DNA from: Vicinamibacterales bacterium
Lineage (GTDB): Bacteria; Acidobacteriota; Vicinamibacteria; Vicinamibacterales; UBA8438
Assembly (NCBI GenBank): GCA_963663815.1
Contig: OY760734.1
Reading direction: 5' to 3' (one strand)
DNA: 64,000 bases
Both the position numbers and the translations under genes were made by a program. Below the pieces are notes generated by a model. The model did not search any database, was not told where the DNA came from, and was given only the letters and a program-made list of their open reading frames with translations. Position 1 is the first letter of the stretch. Each line of letters starts with the position of its first letter. Below, piece after piece: positions 36,300-46,175 of this stretch.

Positions 36300-36601
36300 T
36301 CTCTGGGCTCGGCTCACGGTTGATCAACGCCTTCGCTCCTTGCCGGGCGTGAAGTAGGCGGCGCGCTTCGACGGCACGTCCACCCAGTCGCCGGTCCTGG
36401 GGTTGCGTCCTTGGTGCGACTCGCGGCACCGGAATCGGAAACTGCCGAAGCCCCGGAATTCGACCTTCTCCTCCCTGTGCAGCGCCGCCAGGATGCTGCC
36501 CAAGACAGCCTCGACGGTCAGTACCGCGTGCGTCTTCGGGAGATCGGCGACATCGGCCACTTCCTCGGCGAGCGCTGCCTTCGTCAGGCTCCTTCCGTCA
36601 T
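36300..36601 (-). pseudogene. IHF/HU family gene with two 1-nt deletions (paralog of 59182-59508)
   Basis: LTKAAL..KVEFRGFGSF..GRNPRTG..VDVPSKR.AYFTPGKE. Start and KALINR end are out of frame. Confidence 0.8.
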
Positions 36602-36658
36602 CCGGTCCACCCGTAGATTCTGACACGTCTCGAAGCGAGCGGCTGGCCCGAGAGCCCA

Positions 36659-36667
36659 TGCTACGAT
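36659..36667 (+). promoter_or_regulatory. Extended -10 element upstream of the ADOP permease
   Basis: TGCTACGAT fits TGnTAnnnT. The same pattern precedes several other genes (22473, 49041, 62410). Confidence 0.35.
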
Positions 36668-36890
36668 GATGCTGCTGGCCGTTGTACAGTCGCCACTCGC
36701 CGGATGGCTGGTCGGTCCTGGCCTGTTGGTCGGCGGTGCGACGCTCGCGCTTCCCGGTCGCGTGCGCTCGATGCGAAGGTCACATCGCGCCGGTCACACG
36801 GCTTCCCCTCCAGCTTCCGGAACTCACGGGGTGGCTAACTGACTCTCTCGGGTCGTCGCTCCGGCGCCGGAAGGAAGTATCGCGACCGCA

Positions 36891-39437
36891 ATGGATACGC
36901 TGCTCCAGGATGTCCGCTCCGCCGTGCGCCGGCTCGCCGGCCAGCGCGGCTTCACGGTGACCGCGCTGGTCACCCTCGCCCTCGGCATCGGCGCCAACAC
37001 GGCGATGTTCGGTATCGTCTACGGCTTGGTGCTGCGCCCGCTGCCCTATCCCGACGCGGACCGCCTCGTGCGCGTCGGAGAGTCGCTCGGAGGGCGTGCG
37101 GGGATCTTCCTCTCGAACCGGTCGATGCCGCTGCTCGAAGATGCCGAAGCGTTCGAGGGCCTCGCCGTGTATCGGGAGAGCTCGGTGGAGTGGGCGGGCC
37201 CGGAGGGCGTGGTCACCCTGAGCGGTGCCGCCGTCTCGCCCGGGATGCTCCCCCTGCTGCGGGCGACGCCCCGCCTCGGCCGGCTGTTCACCGAGGACGA
37301 GGCGCGGGAGGGCGCGGACCGGGTCGTGCTGTTGAGCCACCGCGCCTGGACCAACCGCTTCTCGTCGGATCCGGATATCGTGGGCGCGCCCCTCGAGCTC
37401 GACGGAGACCCCTATACCGTCGTCGGCGTGCTCCCCGAGGGGTTCTACTTCCCGAACCCCGACGGCGAGTTCTGGACGCCGCTCGTCGTCCCGCCGCTAG
37501 CGCCGCGGGCGCCGGCCGTCGCGGGGCGGCCGCGCATGGTGGTCCTGATCGCCTTCAACGGCCTCGGCCGCCTCGCGCCGGGGGTTTCGGCGGAGCAGGC
37601 GGCGACGGAGGTCCGCACCCGCCTGGAGGCCGGTTCGATGTCGTCCGGGCTGCCCGCCGGTGCGGCCCGGGCCGCCGCCGCCGCGCTCGGCCGGAGCGAG
37701 GCGCGGGTCGTGCCGCTGCTGGAGGAGATGGTGGGCGCGTACCGGCCGGCGCTGACGGCCCTGACCGCGGCGACCGCGCTCGTGCTGCTGATTGCCTGCA
37801 TCAACGTGGCGGGGCTGCTGCTCGCACGCGGGGTGACGCGCCGGCGGGGGCTGGCGGTGTGCGCGGCCCTCGGTGCGAGCCGCGGGCGGCTCGTCCGCCA
37901 GCTCCTGACCGAGAGCGTCATGCTGGGCGCGGGCGGCGGGGTGCTCGGCCTCGCCGCGGCCGCCCTCGTGCTGCGCGCGGTGCCCGCCGTCGTCCCCGGC
38001 GACATCGCGCGGCTCGACCAGGTCGGCATCGACGGCCTGTCGGTGGCGTTCACGGTGGGGCTGTCGATTGCGGCGGGGCTGCTGTTCGGCGCCGCGCCCG
38101 CCTTCCAGTGGTCGCGGATCGACCTGGTGAGCACCCTGAACGAAGGGAGCGCGCAGGTCCCCGGCGGCTTCCGGCTGCTGCGCTCCAACCGGGCGCGCGC
38201 GGCCCTGGCCGTGGCCCAGGTCGCCCTCGCCCTCATGCTGCTCGTCGGGGCGGGGCTGCTCCTGCGCAGCTTCGTCGGGCTCGTGACCGTCGACCGCGGC
38301 TACGACCCGGCCAACGTCATCGCCGCCCGCATCCGGAACCCCGACGTGACGTTCCGCCCGGACATGGCTCCCGACGCGATCGCCGGCCTGCGGACGGCTG
38401 GGCGACTCTTCGGACGCGCCCTCGTGGACGAGTTGGCCCGGCTGGAGGCCCTTGCCGAGGTCGAAGCGGCGGGGGTGTCGTCGCGCTTTCCGCTCGCGTC
38501 GCGCGGGAACGTCAGCCTGGCGACGTTCCACGAGGCGGGCGCCCCGGTGCCGGCCGACCCCCTGGACCTTCCCCAAGCGCCCATCAACTTCGTCAGCCCC
38601 GGCTACTTCGACGCGATGCGGTTGCGCCTCCGGAGCGGACGGGTGTTCACCTCGCTCGACCGGGCCGAGGGCCCGCCGGTGCTGGTGTTGAGCGAGACGC
38701 TCGCCCGCGAGATCTTCGGCGGCGAGCCGGCCGTCGGCCGGCGGGTGGTGCCGGCCGGCGCCGGCGACGAGCCGTGGGAGGTGGTCGGGGTCGTGGCCGA
38801 CGTCCGCTACGGCGCGCTGACGATCACCGAGTCGCAGGCCGAGGCGTACCTGCCGCTCCAGCAGATCGAGCAGGCGTCGATGCTGGGCGGCATGTTCTCC
38901 TCCTCGTCGGTCGCGGTGCGGACCGTCGGCGACCCGCTGGCCGCCGTCCCGTTCCTGCGCGAGGCGGTGGCCGCGGCGGGTCCGGCGGCGAGCATCGACC
39001 AGGTGACGACGATGGACGCGCGGCTGTCGGCGGCGGTCGAGCAGCCCCGCTTCTACGCCGTCTTCGTCGGGTTCTTCGCCGCCCTCGCGCTGTTCCTGGC
39101 CGCCTTCGGCATCTACGCCCTGCTCAGCTACACCGTCTCGCAGCGCCGCCGGGAGATCGGGGTTCGCATGGCCCTCGGCGCCCGGCCCGGCGACGTCGTC
39201 GCCCTCGTCGTCCGGCAGGGTGCCGGGCTCATCGCGGCGGGCGCCGTTCTCGGCCTCTTCGCGGCGGCCGGCTCGGCCCGGCTTCTGGAGAGCTTCCTGT
39301 TCGGCGTCGGCGCCGAGGACCCGCTGACGTTCGTGGCCGCGCCCGTCGCCCTCGTCGGCGTCGCGGTCGTCGCCTGCTGGCTTCCTGGCCGCCGCGCCGC
39401 CCGCATCGACCCGATGGACGCGCTACGGGTGGATTAG
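36891..39437 (+). CDS. ABC transporter permease, ADOP family (duplicated MacB-PCD/FtsX)
   Basis: MDTLLQDVRSAVRRL..FTVTALVTLALGIGANTAMF, LLIACINVAGLLLAR, QLLTES, RRREIGVRMALGA, PGRRAARIDPM. Confidence 0.95.
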   Translation: MDTLLQDVRSAVRRLAGQRGFTVTALVTLALGIGANTAMFGIVYGLVLRPLPYPDADRLVRVGESLGGRAGIFLSNRSMPLLEDAEAFEGLAVYRESSVEWAGPEGVVTLSGAAVSPGMLPLLRATPRLGRLFTEDEAREGADRVVLLSHRAWTNRFSSDPDIVGAPLELDGDPYTVVGVLPEGFYFPNPDGEFWTPLVVPPLAPRAPAVAGRPRMVVLIAFNGLGRLAPGVSAEQAATEVRTRLEAGSMSSGLPAGAARAAAAALGRSEARVVPLLEEMVGAYRPALTALTAATALVLLIACINVAGLLLARGVTRRRGLAVCAALGASRGRLVRQLLTESVMLGAGGGVLGLAAAALVLRAVPAVVPGDIARLDQVGIDGLSVAFTVGLSIAAGLLFGAAPAFQWSRIDLVSTLNEGSAQVPGGFRLLRSNRARAALAVAQVALALMLLVGAGLLLRSFVGLVTVDRGYDPANVIAARIRNPDVTFRPDMAPDAIAGLRTAGRLFGRALVDELARLEALAEVEAAGVSSRFPLASRGNVSLATFHEAGAPVPADPLDLPQAPINFVSPGYFDAMRLRLRSGRVFTSLDRAEGPPVLVLSETLAREIFGGEPAVGRRVVPAGAGDEPWEVVGVVADVRYGALTITESQAEAYLPLQQIEQASMLGGMFSSSSVAVRTVGDPLAAVPFLREAVAAAGPAASIDQVTTMDARLSAAVEQPRFYAVFVGFFAALALFLAAFGIYALLSYTVSQRRREIGVRMALGARPGDVVALVVRQGAGLIAAGAVLGLFAAAGSARLLESFLFGVGAEDPLTFVAAPVALVGVAVVACWLPGRRAARIDPMDALRVD

Positions 39438-39673
39438 GGCCGCGGCCGAACCGGGGTGTCGAAGGAGTCGCCGAGCAACACCCGGTGCAGTTGCCGGTCC
39501 GTGTGTCCGTGCCGGCATCGCGCGAGCACGGGCTGGACGCGCCCGGGCTTGATCCAGAAGCGGTCGTCGCCGGTCTGGCCGATCGGGCAGGGGCCACAGT
39601 GTTCCTGCCCGCGGCGGCGGAGCGTGATGCCCTGCCGCCGGCACGCATCGATCCAGTCGTGGACCGTGGCCAT
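39434..39673 (-). CDS. Stand-alone primase-type Zn-binding domain (or truncated primase)
   Basis: LRRRGQEHCGPCP..DDRFWI..ARCRHG resembles primase-helicase Zn ribbons. Confidence 0.5.
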   Translation of the reverse strand: MATVHDWIDACRRQGITLRRRGQEHCGPCPIGQTGDDRFWIKPGRVQPVLARCRHGHTDRQLHRVLLGDSFDTPVRPRP

Positions 39674-39816
39674 GACTTGGTTCCGTTTCGGTCGGGCCTG
39701 CAGGGCGCTCGAGCCCGGAGTGACGACCGTGGGGCTGTCCGAACCCGGCCAGCATGATATCCCGTCCTGTGCGCGCAGGAGCGAATCACTCGCCCAATCG
39801 GAGGAGGGCCTTGACG

Positions 39817-40332
39817 ATGAGATGCAGTTCGCTCGACACGGCCGCGCTGGTTGTCGCGGTCGGGGCGACGCTGGCCGGTTGCGCATCGAGGGGGCCTCGC
39901 GCGGCCGAGATGGAGCACATGAGAGAACGGCGGGCCTGCCAGGTCCGCCCGGAGGCGTGCGGTCCGGAAGCCGGACTGGAGGCGTGGGCGGCGGGGCTGC
40001 GCCGCCTGCGCGCCGAGCAGTGCGGGACCGATCACGGTCTCGGACCCGGCGCGGCCGAGTTCGTTTGCGAGGAGCCGGCCTGGTTCGTGCGCTACGACTT
40101 CGACCTGATGCCATGGATGAACACGGACTGGGGGTCTCGGCCCGGCCCCGGGCGCCGCGGTGCGCTCCTGTGCCGGGAAGGCGGCGGCTTCGCGGCCGTG
40201 GACAGCAGCTTCGGGGAGTTCTGGGTGCCGGCGCAGTACTACCGACAGGATCGCCACCCGCTGCTGCGGCTGATCCCTCAACAGCGGATGGCCGGGTTCA
40301 TCGCCTGGGCGCGGCGATCTTGCGCGGGGTGA
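39817..40332 (+). CDS. Putative lipoprotein
   Basis: GGAGGAG RBS and LAGC lipobox after a hydrophobic segment. Cys-containing mature part. Confidence 0.55.
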   Translation: MRCSSLDTAALVVAVGATLAGCASRGPRAAEMEHMRERRACQVRPEACGPEAGLEAWAAGLRRLRAEQCGTDHGLGPGAAEFVCEEPAWFVRYDFDLMPWMNTDWGSRPGPGRRGALLCREGGGFAAVDSSFGEFWVPAQYYRQDRHPLLRLIPQQRMAGFIAWARRSCAG

Positions 40333-40759
40333 CAGCTGCGCATTCACGGTTGGGATTCTGCGGCGAGATGGTCCGACGATGCCCGTCGACCACCGCAGCA
40401 TCTTGCGGTCGATGGAGTTCGAAATCGTCACCTCCTCGGCGCTCGCGAAGCGGATGGGGAGAATGTTCCCCGAACCCGGGAGATCTGCGCAGCCGAGCGG
40501 AAGTCGCCCTGGGCGGACACGCGGCCGTGGAGGGGTCGAGCATCAATGAGGGAGCCCAGTTGGCCCGCCGAGGGCGGCGTGGTGTGGCTGACCGGGGGGC
40601 GGCCTGGACGGGATGGTCGAGCGAGTCGTGGACTGCGTAAAGAAGGTCTCGGAGTCGGGGCGGCGTGGTCGTGGCCGGCCCTGCGGATGTCGGGTCAGCC
40701 TCGGCGCAACGCCTCATGGCTCTCCCGGAGCTGACCGCGGTGTCGTTCGAGCGTGCGTC

Positions 40760-41315
40760 GGCAGGCGTGCTTCCTCGGATGCTGTGGGTTTCCGGGTGGG
40801 GCTGGCGAGTTCAGAAGGGCTTGCGCGGCGCAGCGACCGGAGTTGAACGCGTGGCTGTGCGCGATGCGTTGATGCAGCGTGACGGGGCAGATCGCGACAT
40901 CGGCGGCGGCCAGGATCCGGTGGCTCTGCGCGATCGTCGGGTGGTTGACGATGGCGCGGTTGATGACGACCGTGGCGGGCGTGCCGGCGTTCTCGGCGAT
41001 CCGGATGGTCTGGTGAAGTGGCCCGGAGGTCGGGAGCGGAGGGCTGGACGGGGATGAGGATGTGGTCGGCGACGGCGGCCACCGTGAAGGCGTCGCCTCC
41101 GGAGTGCGGAGCGGTGGCGATCACGCAGAGCGTGGCGCCCCGCGGCGCCGTTCGGTCGAGCATTCGTTCGAGGCGGTTGGCGTGAGCCGGCAGGACATCG
41201 GGGTGTTCGAGGCCGGCGTCCTGGCGGAGGTCGTGCCAGTTGCAGGCGCTGCCTGGGGGTCGACGTCGAGGAGGACGGCTCGGTGCCCGGCATGTTCGGC
41301 GATCGCGCAGGAGAG
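40760..41315 (-). pseudogene. ParA family ATPase remnant
   Basis: VLLDVDPQ, TAPHS, ADHILIPVQPSAPDL, VVINR, LHQRIAHSHAF across frameshifts. The N-terminal Walker A is missing. Confidence 0.78.
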
Positions 41316-41337
41316 GATATATAGGCTCTATGGATTT

Positions 41338-41832
41338 CTATGCTGGGGAGAACGGTCCTGACGGCGGCGGAGACGGTCGACCGGGACTCCATGTGGACTC
41401 GGGGGGGTCGGGGGGGGGCGGGTCCTTGGGCGGAGCCCGAGGACTTTCCTCGTGGTCGTCCGGCCGCGGCTTGCCGTGCAGGCCCAATCGGTACGCCTGC
41501 ATGTAGACCGAACCGACCGAGTGGGGCCTCAACGTCGACGCGGCGGCTCTCGCGATCTTCCGGTCGCTCCAGCCGGCCGCGACGCCGATCTGCCACTGCG
41601 CCCGGATCCGGCGCAGCTGAGGCTCCGTCCACGGGTGCCGTCGCCAGCGCGGCGGGCGGTTGCGCCAGACCCAGGCGCGCAGGGCGGCCGCGGTCCGGCC
41701 CATGCGTCTCGCGAGACGCTCCCACTCGAGCGCCGGCACGTTGTGGCGCCAGCGCACCATGAGCTCCCCGACCTGGCGCCGGTCGTTCGCCGTCCAGGCG
41801 GTGCGGTGGGAGCCCGGGGCGAGAGCGTCCAT
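41338..41832 (-). CDS. Possible Myb/HTH-repeat DNA-binding protein
   Basis: Two W-T-x-x-[DE] helical repeats (AWTAND.., PWTEPQLRRI) and LARRMGRT..A. Starts just after the stop of 41835-42230. Confidence 0.45.
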   Translation of the reverse strand: MDALAPGSHRTAWTANDRRQVGELMVRWRHNVPALEWERLARRMGRTAAALRAWVWRNRPPRWRRHPWTEPQLRRIRAQWQIGVAAGWSDRKIARAAASTLRPHSVGSVYMQAYRLGLHGKPRPDDHEESPRAPPKDPPPPDPPESTWSPGRPSPPPSGPFSPA

Positions 41833-41834
41833 CC

Positions 41835-42230
41835 TCACCACCACAGGCGCTCGACCCGCGCCTCGCCGGCCTCGGAGACATGGACATCGAAGCGGTTGAT
41901 GCCGAACCAGAGAGGGCGGTCGCCCACTGTGATCTGCACGATTAGGGCATCGACCAAGCGCCGGCCTCGGGCCTTCGGAGTCTCCTCCGGCATCCGGGCG
42001 ACGGCCTCCTCGTTGATGCGGAACCAGACTTGGCGGACATCCGGGTCAAGCTCGGCTCCGAACCAGAAGGCCCCGTTCGGATCCCGGCTGGGCTCAAGGG
42101 GTGTCAGGGTCCTCGCGCCACCCGGCCAGTCCTCGCGCCTGCCTGCGATGACGATTGCCCGACTCGGAGGGCTCGCACCGGCTCCGGGCGGGTTCTGGCC
42201 GTCGTCCGTATCCGTCAGGTCATCGACCAC
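41835..42230 (-). CDS. Hypothetical protein (paralog of 32876-33217)
   Basis: Shared motifs with 32876-33217, in inverted orientation. Confidence 0.62.
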   Translation of the reverse strand: MVDDLTDTDDGQNPPGAGASPPSRAIVIAGRREDWPGGARTLTPLEPSRDPNGAFWFGAELDPDVRQVWFRINEEAVARMPEETPKARGRRLVDALIVQITVGDRPLWFGINRFDVHVSEAGEARVERLWW

Positions 42231-42275
42231 TGGTCGACCTCGATTTCGCTGAACTTTCGGCCGGGTCGACGGCGT

Positions 42276-43181
42276 CTATGGGGTGAACTCCAAACCGACG
42301 AGGTCCTCCGACACCTGCCAGAGCTTCGCCGCGATCGCTTCGTCCGTCGACTCGGACGAGGACCCGACCCGCGTCGGATGCCCGCGAAGCTCGCCGAAGC
42401 CGTCAGGGCCATAGTAGCCGCCCGGCTCCACGTCCCCGGCCGTAGCCGCGTACAGGGTCGGCAGCGCCCCGCGCCACGGAGGCATGGCCATCAGCGGACT
42501 CAGCAGCCGCAGGAAACCGCTGTAGCGCTGCAGATCCGTGCCCGTATAGCCGGGATGCGCCGCGACCGATATCGTCTCGGCGCGGGTCCGGTCGAGGCGT
42601 CGCTGCAACTCGTAGGCGAACAGCAGGTTGGCCAGCTTGCTCTGCCCGTACGCCCGGTTGGGGTGGTATCGGCGCGACTCCCACTGCAGATCGTCGAAGT
42701 CGATCGTGCCGAACCGGTGGGACACGCTGGACACCGTGACCACGCGCGACGCGTTCGTCCTGCGCAGCAGATCCAAAAGCCGGACCGTCAGGGCGAAGTG
42801 CCCCAGGTGGTTCGTGCCGAACTGCAGCTCGAACCCGTCGGCGGTCTTCGCTGCCGGCGGCCACATGATCCCCGCGTTGTTGATCAGCAGGTCCAGACGG
42901 TCGAACCGGTCGTGGAACGCGTCGGCGAACGAACGCACCGACGCGAGGTCCGCGAGGTCGAGCACCATCACGTCGAGCGCTCCCGCAACACCCCCGGCGG
43001 TGATGCGAGCCGCGGCGGCGCGCCCTTTCTCCTGATCGCGGCAGGCCATCACGACGTGCGCGCCGTGTCGGGCGAATGCCGCAGAGGTCTCCAGCCCTAT
43101 CCCGCTGTTCGAACCGGTCACGACCGCCAGCCGCCCGGACTGGTCGGGCATGTCGCGCGCCGTCCACTTCCTCCTTCGCAT
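42276..43181 (-). CDS. Short-chain dehydrogenase/reductase (retinol-DH/protochlorophyllide-reductase-like subfamily)
   Basis: VTGSNSGIG, LINNAG, QFGTNHLGHF, VVTVSS, YGQSK, AAHPG. Confidence 0.95.
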   Translation of the reverse strand: MRRRKWTARDMPDQSGRLAVVTGSNSGIGLETSAAFARHGAHVVMACRDQEKGRAAAARITAGGVAGALDVMVLDLADLASVRSFADAFHDRFDRLDLLINNAGIMWPPAAKTADGFELQFGTNHLGHFALTVRLLDLLRRTNASRVVTVSSVSHRFGTIDFDDLQWESRRYHPNRAYGQSKLANLLFAYELQRRLDRTRAETISVAAHPGYTGTDLQRYSGFLRLLSPLMAMPPWRGALPTLYAATAGDVEPGGYYGPDGFGELRGHPTRVGSSSESTDEAIAAKLWQVSEDLVGLEFTP

Positions 43182-43795
43182 TCCTCTTCCACCCTTCTAC
43201 TGTCAACCGTTCAACCACGCGTTTCGCCGTCACCATTACTGCCCCGGGGCCGGCGGCCTGACGGCCCTCCGCCGAAGATGCGTGACAGGAGGGCTCGCAC
43301 GCCCCACCGCAAGAGAACGCTGGCGGACGCTGTGAGCGCTGCCGCCAGCGCGATGAACGCCACGAGATCGGCCACGCGAGTCTCGTGCACGACAACCGGC
43401 CTCAACTCCTCACGTGCCCGACTGCCCGCGGGCGGTCCGCCATCGATGTGCGCCTGCCCGGCCGGCAACTCCTCGATTGTCGACCGCCAGAGCGTGGGCT
43501 CATGAGCCTGACCTTGCGAATCAGGCACCAGACGACAACGGCAAACAGGAGCGCCGCCGGGCCGAGCCGCTCCGAGCATTCTACGTCCGTCATGAGGATC
43601 CCCCAGCCGCCCAAGGCGATTCCGGCCCAACCGCGAAACGGGGTAGGCCGCCGCGTCTCGACGCTGACGGTGGTGCTCATCGGCGCGGCCCGCCCGCTAC
43701 GCATACTCGCTCGCGGCCACGAGCAGCCCCGAGTCGGGGGCCGGTGTACAGGCGACCGCGTGTATGGGGGAACGGCGAGCAACAGGGCGGCGAGT

Positions 43796-45721
43796 TCAGT
43801 CCAACTGAAGCAATGTCTTCAGCTCTTCGAACCAGTTGACCGCGACGTAGATCCGGCTGGACGGCGCATCTCCCGCGGCCGCGGCGGGGAACGTCCCGAT
43901 GTAGGCCAGAGTGCCGCTCTCCGAGAGGGCGGTGCCTCCGACGGTCGCTCCTCTGGTGGGCAGGAACAGCGGCATCGGAGCCCCAGTCGTCGTCGCCGTC
44001 TCGGGGTCTACGCCAATCAGCAATAGCGACCCGTCGTCGGCATAGAGCAGGTGATCGGTGTCGAGGTAGCCGAGGCCGAACGCCGGCTCGAGAATCACCC
44101 GGACCTCGCCGCTCGTGGGCGAGTAGACGGCCGTCCTCCCGTCCCGCAGGCTCTCCTGGCTCGGTCCCCGGTGCACGATCGTGAAGACCAAGTCATCACG
44201 GCCGGGCATAACGATCGGGAGAATGTGGGCGTAGTCGCCGCGCTGCTCATCCAGCCGCGTAAGGGCGCGCGGCGTCCCGCCGGTGGCCGGCACCTGCAGC
44301 AGGCCGTCTCCACCTGCGTCGGACAGGACCGAGTAGACGATGGTGTCGTCGGGCAGCCACCGTGCCTGAGGATAGAGCGTGCCCTCGCCTTCGAGAATCC
44401 TCAAACGGCTGCCGCCGCCGACCGCGACCTGGTGCAGGGACCACTGCTCGTCGTCTCGCAGCTGAAAGGCAAGGCGCTGGCCGTCGGGCGAGAATGCCAC
44501 CGGTGCGGTTGCGCCTTCGGTGCCGGGAATCGGCCTCGCCTCGTAGGAGTCCAGCGCCCGTGCATGGAGTCGTCGTGTCCCACCGGCGTCGGCTACACCG
44601 TAGACCAGGCGGCGGCCGTCCGGCGAAACCGCCAGCGAACCGGTGAAAGACTGTTCCGGAGCAAGGTCGATGGTGAAACGATGGACCGGAAGCGGCGGCC
44701 CCGCATCGACCGGCTTCAGCGTCCAGGCAGCGCCCACGGCCACCGCCGCAGTTGCCAGGAGGCTCACGGCGAAACGCCATCCCGTGATGGGGCCGCGACC
44801 GGCCGCGGCCAGCCGGGCGGCCAGTGCCTGCTCGGACTCGTCCGACTCGCCGGTACACATCCATCGCAGTTCGCGCTTCAGATCCCGCACCGTCTGCCAG
44901 CGATCTTCGGGGTCCTTGGCCAGACAGATTCGCAGCGCCCGGTCAAGGCGCGACGGGATGCCGCTTTGCTTGTCCTGGAGCGGGGATGGCGCATCCTTCA
45001 GGATCGCTCCGATGACGTCCGCCGGGTTGTCGCCGTCGAACGGCCGCCGCCCCGTCACCATTTCGTAGACGGTCGCCCCGAGGGAGAAGATGTCCGACCG
45101 AGCGTCGGCGGGCTTGCCGGCAAGCTGCTCCGGCGACATGTAGTTGAGCGTGCCCAGAATGCTCCCGTCCATCGTCAGAGCGGTGCGGGTCTTCGCCGAC
45201 GATTGCGTGTCTGAGAGACCAATCCCGTGCGGCTTGGCGAGCCCGAAATCGAGCAACTTGACGCCCGTCTCGGTGAGCATCACGTTGCTCGGTTTCAGGT
45301 CGCGGTGCACGATGCCCTGGCGGTGTGCGGTGTCGAGAGCCTCGGCGATCTCCACCGCAATGCGCAGCGCATCCGCGACGGGCAGGGGGCCGCTCTGGAG
45401 CCTCTGCGCGACCGTCTCGCCGGCCAGGTACTCCACTACCAGGAAGTCCATGGGCGAGCCGGCCGACGACGAGCGTTCACGCCCCACGTCGTACAGCGCA
45501 CAGATGTTGGGATGGTTGACGGCGGCGAGGGCGCGTGCCTCGCGCTCGAAGCGCTCGCGCTGCTCGGGGCTGTGGGCGACGTGGGCGGTCAACACCTTGA
45601 CGGCGACGGTGCGGTCGAGGCGGGTGTCCGTCGCCCGATAGACTTCTCCCATGCCGCCGGCGCCGAGTGCTGCGCCCACTTCGTACGGCCCGAGTCGATC
45701 CCCCGCTGCGAGCATCGCCAT
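43796..45721 (-). CDS. Hanks-type Ser/Thr protein kinase with TM and partial TolB-like propeller
   Basis: LGAGGMGEVY, VAVK, HRDLKPSN, DFGLAK, GTLNYMSPEQ, DIFSLG, a TM segment, AVSPDG/AFSPDG repeats and terminal VNWFEELK. Confidence 0.93.
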   Translation of the reverse strand: MAMLAAGDRLGPYEVGAALGAGGMGEVYRATDTRLDRTVAVKVLTAHVAHSPEQRERFEREARALAAVNHPNICALYDVGRERSSSAGSPMDFLVVEYLAGETVAQRLQSGPLPVADALRIAVEIAEALDTAHRQGIVHRDLKPSNVMLTETGVKLLDFGLAKPHGIGLSDTQSSAKTRTALTMDGSILGTLNYMSPEQLAGKPADARSDIFSLGATVYEMVTGRRPFDGDNPADVIGAILKDAPSPLQDKQSGIPSRLDRALRICLAKDPEDRWQTVRDLKRELRWMCTGESDESEQALAARLAAAGRGPITGWRFAVSLLATAAVAVGAAWTLKPVDAGPPLPVHRFTIDLAPEQSFTGSLAVSPDGRRLVYGVADAGGTRRLHARALDSYEARPIPGTEGATAPVAFSPDGQRLAFQLRDDEQWSLHQVAVGGGSRLRILEGEGTLYPQARWLPDDTIVYSVLSDAGGDGLLQVPATGGTPRALTRLDEQRGDYAHILPIVMPGRDDLVFTIVHRGPSQESLRDGRTAVYSPTSGEVRVILEPAFGLGYLDTDHLLYADDGSLLLIGVDPETATTTGAPMPLFLPTRGATVGGTALSESGTLAYIGTFPAAAAGDAPSSRIYVAVNWFEELKTLLQLD

Positions 45722-45749
45722 GTGGTCGACACCGAGGCCGGCAAACAGG

Positions 45750-46160
45750 TCAGTCAGAAGGCAAGACCGCCCGGACCACCCCGCCGCCGCGCCGCGATGT
45801 GACGGTGACGGACGGCGACGCCGGAACATCGACGAGTACGGTCTTCAAGAACAGGCCGCTAACGAGTCCAGCCGCTCCCGCTCCGGCTACCACGTCGCAC
45901 CGCAGGCCCTCGGGTTCGCGGCAGTCCTTGTCTTCGAAGCGATACCGGAGCAATCGGGCACCCGTAGCAGCGAGCGCCAGCCCCGTCATCATCCGCCGGA
46001 ACGACGGCTGTCGCGGTACCGGCGCCGTCTGCGCTCCGAACTCAAGCGCTGCCGCCTTGGCCCTCTCCAGCAGGTCCACGCGAGCGTCGATCGGCAGCAG
46101 ACCCACCGCGAGCGCATTGAGGAGGCGAGCGTTCTCAGCACAGTCGCTGCATGGTAGCAT
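45750..46160 (-). CDS. Paralog of 25066-25452; start may be frameshifted
   Basis: Shares AKAAA.EF.AQ..PVPRQ.SF.RMMTGL and EDKDCR.P.G.RCDV. The C-terminus is altered (VRAVLPSD). Confidence 0.5.
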   Translation of the reverse strand: MLPCSDCAENARLLNALAVGLLPIDARVDLLERAKAAALEFGAQTAPVPRQPSFRRMMTGLALAATGARLLRYRFEDKDCREPEGLRCDVVAGAGAAGLVSGLFLKTVLVDVPASPSVTVTSRRGGGVVRAVLPSD

Positions 46161-46175
46161 GCCCCATGCGGGGCT

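Noticed and set aside
43200-43790. Minus-strand hydrophobic ORF pieces between the SDR and the kinase
   Set aside because: TM-like segments are split over frames, with no supportable product.
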